From Bugula neritina (lineage: Eukaryota; Animalia; Bryozoa), in contig OZ037767.1 of NCBI GenBank assembly GCA_964035545.1, forward strand, positions 14,698,998 through 14,762,997: DNA of 64,000 bases, given 5' to 3'. Below are positions 60,601 to 64,000 of this stretch, one piece after another. The translations under genes were made by a program, and so were the position numbers. Each line of letters starts with the position of its first letter. Position 1 is the first letter of the stretch. A model generated the notes under the pieces. That model did not search any database. It was not told where the DNA came from and saw only the letters and a list, made by a program, of their open reading frames with translations.

Positions 60601-62498
60601 ACATTGAGACATGTGATGACATATTTTGACATGTTATGACACATTGAGACATGTGAGGACATATTTTGACATGTTGTGACACGTTGAGACATGTGATGAC
60701 ATATTTTGACATGTTATGACACATTGAGACATGTGAGGACATATTTTGACATGTTGTGACACGTTGAGACATGTGATGACATATTTTGACATGTTGTGAC
60801 ACGCTGAGGCATATGATGACATATTTTGACATGTTGTGAAAAGTTGTGCCAACTGTTTTGCATGAATGCTATGCCTGTACTAAAGCGAAGTTACTAACTC
60901 TAATGTATGCTCAGAATTGAACCTGCATGCATTCTGTCTCACAGGTGCTGATGATTGCCATAGTTACACTCTTGTTCACCTCTGGCATCATCACCAATCT
61001 CTACATCTTCGAGATGTTTGATCCTCTCCTTATTCTGGTCGGAGCCTCTCTTCCATACGGCGGTTTCATACTCGGTGGATGTATAGCCCTAATCTTTAAA
61101 ATGGAATGGAAGCTAATAAAGGTAGGGTTCGCCCAATTTGATCTGTCAAATTTTTTTAGGAAATGACATAACACTAGATTTTCCTAAATGTTCTTAAGAG
61201 TCTTCCTCTATAAGCATGAAGTTACGGCAATAGTATGAACAATGTTGGCAAAAATGGCTTACAAAAATTTGAACATTTCCAATTTGTAGTCCTTCCTTGA
61301 TTACAACTTGTGTGGAGACATCTCTGCTGCCAATAATATATGTTATTACATAACTGTTAATTTTATATCTGCTGCTTTCTGTTGTTAATCAAATAATTTA
61401 TCTTGTTCTTTTTGCAAATAATTTAACACAGAAACATCTATTTATCATATGATACATATTATAATACATGGTAGCCAATTGTACACATATTATATAATTT
61501 TATATTCTATTTGTTGCTATGCTGTTTTGTAGACAATCGCCATAGAAACGGGACTACAGAATGCTGGAGTACCTTTCTTTATGATTCAGAGAGCATTTGT
61601 CTCCCCTGATTTAGAGCTAGCGACAGCACCTGTTGTGTCAGCCATTATAATGACACCTGTGCCTCTACTTATAGCTTCTTTCATCTACACAGTTTACATT
61701 AGATGTCAAGATAAGGTGACTTGACAAGAGTTTCTGTGTGTGCAAATTGACTCAACATATTAACAACCATTTAAGCAGTCTGCGATTTGAAGAAATAACA
61801 ATTACAGTAAAAAGACAGTGTGTTAGTTATAGGTTAATAACCATGTTATAGGGTACCTCTTGGTAACTAAAGCCATTCAAAATAGCGTCACATTTAATAT
61901 TTTATTCTACTAGTAAATAGCTTTTCTAATATAACATACATATTATAAAAGGTATATAAATTGTTTATAAATGCAATTACAAGGTTCCTTTAGAAAGTTG
62001 TCATCTTGTAAAATCTAGTAATACAATAGTACCATATTTGATAGATATAGAATGATAATTAGGTTATAGCACATCTTTATAATTAAAGTAAATTAAAAGA
62101 GTGTAGCATTTAATATAAGTTTGTGGTGATAAATAAGTTTTCCAATATAACATACAACTCGTAAAAAGTATGAAAATCATGTATAAATGCAATCACAATA
62201 TAGACTACAATAAAGCTTTTATTATATAGGTGATTTTCCAATAAAATATAAACACACTTTGCCCTGTCATCTAATCACATTTTTAGACTGTGTACTTATA
62301 ATGTTTTAGAGCTCAGAAGAACAAGGAGTGCCTTGCCCTTCCCTAGATGTCACATATCAGGAAGACAGTATAAGTGAAGACCAGAAGAAAACAAACTTGG
62401 AGTTGTTGGCTCCTGTGAGGGAAGAATTGCCAGTAAATAAAGACTCCATTAGTCACTCAACTCACAATGAGACACACCGTATGCTGCCGGCAGCCTAA
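51695..62498 (+). CDS. SLC10-family sodium/bile acid cotransporter-like protein with signal peptide and N-terminal ectodomain
   Basis: Exons 51695-51776 (MFLLLTLTSCLLTLLPVKA), 55368-55555, 55987-56062, 56946-57112, 58496-58615, 58920-59091, 59810-59991, 60945-61121, 61533-61715, 62310-62498. SBF motifs FSMGAEI, CQFIIMPLLAY, GCAPGGGPSN..GGDLSVSVTLT, TIAIETGLQNAG. Confidence 0.93.
57170..58482. repeat. 20-bp satellite, ~65 copies
   Basis: Unit (C/A)TACAGTAT(G/A)AGCATATATT. Confidence 0.97.
59065..59348 (+). repeat. 57-bp tandem repeat (5 copies) duplicating an SLC10 exon end and its donor site
   Basis: Unit CATTTCTATCAACAGTGTTGAGTATAG|GTGAGATACAGGGGGTCTAGTTACACTCCT. Confidence 0.93.
59540..59710 (-). 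mobile_element. SINE family B, diverged copy 3
   Basis: GGCGCAGGAGCTATTATAATTGAATGTCCTTCCTGACATCACCAATGGCC matches the body of copies 1 and 2. Confidence 0.55.
60275..60838. repeat. 20-bp minisatellite with alternating subunits
   Basis: GACATATTTTGACATGT(G/T)AT alternating with GACACATTGAGACATGTGAT. Confidence 0.95.
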
Positions 62499-63226
62499 TT
62501 GTCGTCATAGTCGCCACAAAGTCAGCAGTTTAACTAACCACCTAGAGATACTCTCTGTAATACTTTCTCTGTCAGACCTACAGAGATGAGAAGACAACTG
62601 AGAAACATGGGGGGACACAACTCAGAGTGAGAGCCAGTGACACTGCGGCCTTGAACTCTAGCTACAAATATTTTGCTGAAAGAGCCACTGAGAGCTGGAT
62701 AATACGTTGAGTATTTCTTTATTTCTCAAATGAATCAGCAGCAAACATAGCAGAATATTAGGGAAATATAACATGTTTATTATTACAACTAATATAATTT
62801 CTTTTTAAAATAAATAATGTGATTTTGTATAATTTCCACCTCTATTTAACTATGTGGAAAATTTTGTATGCCAAATATTATGTTCATTTTGTTTTTTCAA
62901 TAGAACAAGCAGCAAAATCAAATAAATGCTAGGAAAATCAACGTTTATTACTGAAAGGAATTCTTTTGAGGTAAATAAGGGTATTTTGCATAATTTATGT
63001 TTTTATTGAACCATGAGCGACGGTTTTATATAAAATTTATTAGAAATTATATAGGAATAATGATGAAATTTCAATGAGAAACTTTGTATAAAATATTAAT
63101 AAAGTTTTTAGGAGTTATTTCCCATGTTGAATCTTTGTTTCAAAAACAAGTAGTTTGAAGAAGAGAGTTACATTAATAACTTACATGTCAGCTCAAGACA
63201 AGCATGTGACTTGCAGACGTGTGACA

Positions 63227-63804
63227 TCACTTAGGAGGGAATTCTGGGAAGAGGAACATCTTCCTGTAGTTGGTGAAAGTACATCTACTATCTGGAATAC
63301 AGGCTCCAGAGGGGTTCTCTTTGGTTCTTATGTCCGTCATTCCAATCTGCCTCACTCTCTGTTGAATCTTGAGAATACATTATTATATGATATATTTTAT
63401 GGTGTTACAAATATGGTATATATTATACGGTATAATATAATATAATATGTTACATGGTATAATATATGGTATATTAAATGGTTTATTATATGCCATATTA
63501 TATCATGGTATATTATATAGTATGCTATATGGTAGATTATATGCTATATTATATTACACAGTATATTATATATGATATACTATAGGCCATAGGGTATATC
63601 ATATTAAATAATATATCACATATATAATGCTACAGAACATAATACAATAACACTGCTTATGTATAGTTTATCATATAACACTAGTACTACTTACAATTTT
63701 AAACAGCTGCTCTATATCTCTGTGACAGCTGTGCTTATAGAATGTGGCAACTAAAACTCTGATAAACCAAGAGCCATGAGTTCCACTTCTCACTGCTTTG
63801 TAGG
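63227..63804 (-). CDS. Caspase, C-terminal small (p10) subunit; last two exons, gene continues beyond the window
   Basis: Exon 63804-63695 encodes YKAVRSGTHGSWFIRVLVATFYKHSCHRDIEQLFKI; exon 63367-63227 encodes IQQRVRQIGMTDIRTKENPSGACIPDSRCTFTNYRKMFLFPEFPPK*. This matches the caspase p10 pattern Yx(S/A)xR..GSWFI..L...F......D...LF..V...V..P....T..K.xFP. Confidence 0.85.
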
Positions 63805-64000
63805 CTGCAACAGATAGACACATTGGGTCATGTAACTGGGCTGTGCTTGTGCATTTGGAACAGTGTGGGAGTTGTCTTCTATTGATCTAACTTCTCGACG
63901 GGATTTAAAATGTTTTTGACAAAAAGTAAAAAGAAGGAAGTGGGTTAAAACCTCTGTTTAAAATTCCGGATGAGTTATAACATTTATAGCTAAAAATACT

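Noticed and set aside
57170-60838. Possible CRISPR-like arrays
   Set aside because: Units are contiguous with no unique spacers, there are no cas genes, and the context is eukaryotic introns. The same holds for all arrays in the window.
27594-63804. An immune gene cluster made of NTase-TPR, C1q and caspase
   Set aside because: The genes are interspersed with housekeeping genes, and proximity alone is not evidence of a shared pathway in an animal genome.

Overview
AT-rich, intron-rich eukaryotic DNA from an invertebrate animal. The gene content (temptins, C1q-collagen, caspase) suggests a lophotrochozoan; this is inference. I reconstructed the following by hand from GT-AG exon chains with consistent phases. 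(1) Three tandem temptin-like genes (+, 0.5-10.2 kb), each ending in a GPI-anchor-like hydrophobic tail. (2) An unassigned 4-exon gene of about 205 aa (-, 10.8-12.6 kb). (3) POLR1C/RPAC1 (-, 13.9-21.3 kb), head-to-head with (4) a USP37-like deubiquitinase (+, 23.9-50.0 kb). Two antisense genes are nested in USP37 introns: (5) an ~887-aa protein joining a Pol-beta-family (GlnD/DUF294-like) nucleotidyltransferase domain to a kinesin-light-chain-type TPR array, and (6) a secreted collagen-C1q protein. (7) An SLC10 sodium/bile-acid symporter (+, 51.7-62.5 kb). (8) The last two exons of a caspase (-, 63.2-63.8 kb), which the ORF track misses. Introns hold many minisatellites, several of which start at or duplicate a splice site, plus hAT-type MITEs with 8-bp TSDs and two tRNA-derived SINE families. 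The best candidate for an undescribed system is the nested nucleotidyltransferase-TPR gene, which has a sensor-plus-enzyme architecture. The longest ORFs lying over satellites are artefacts.
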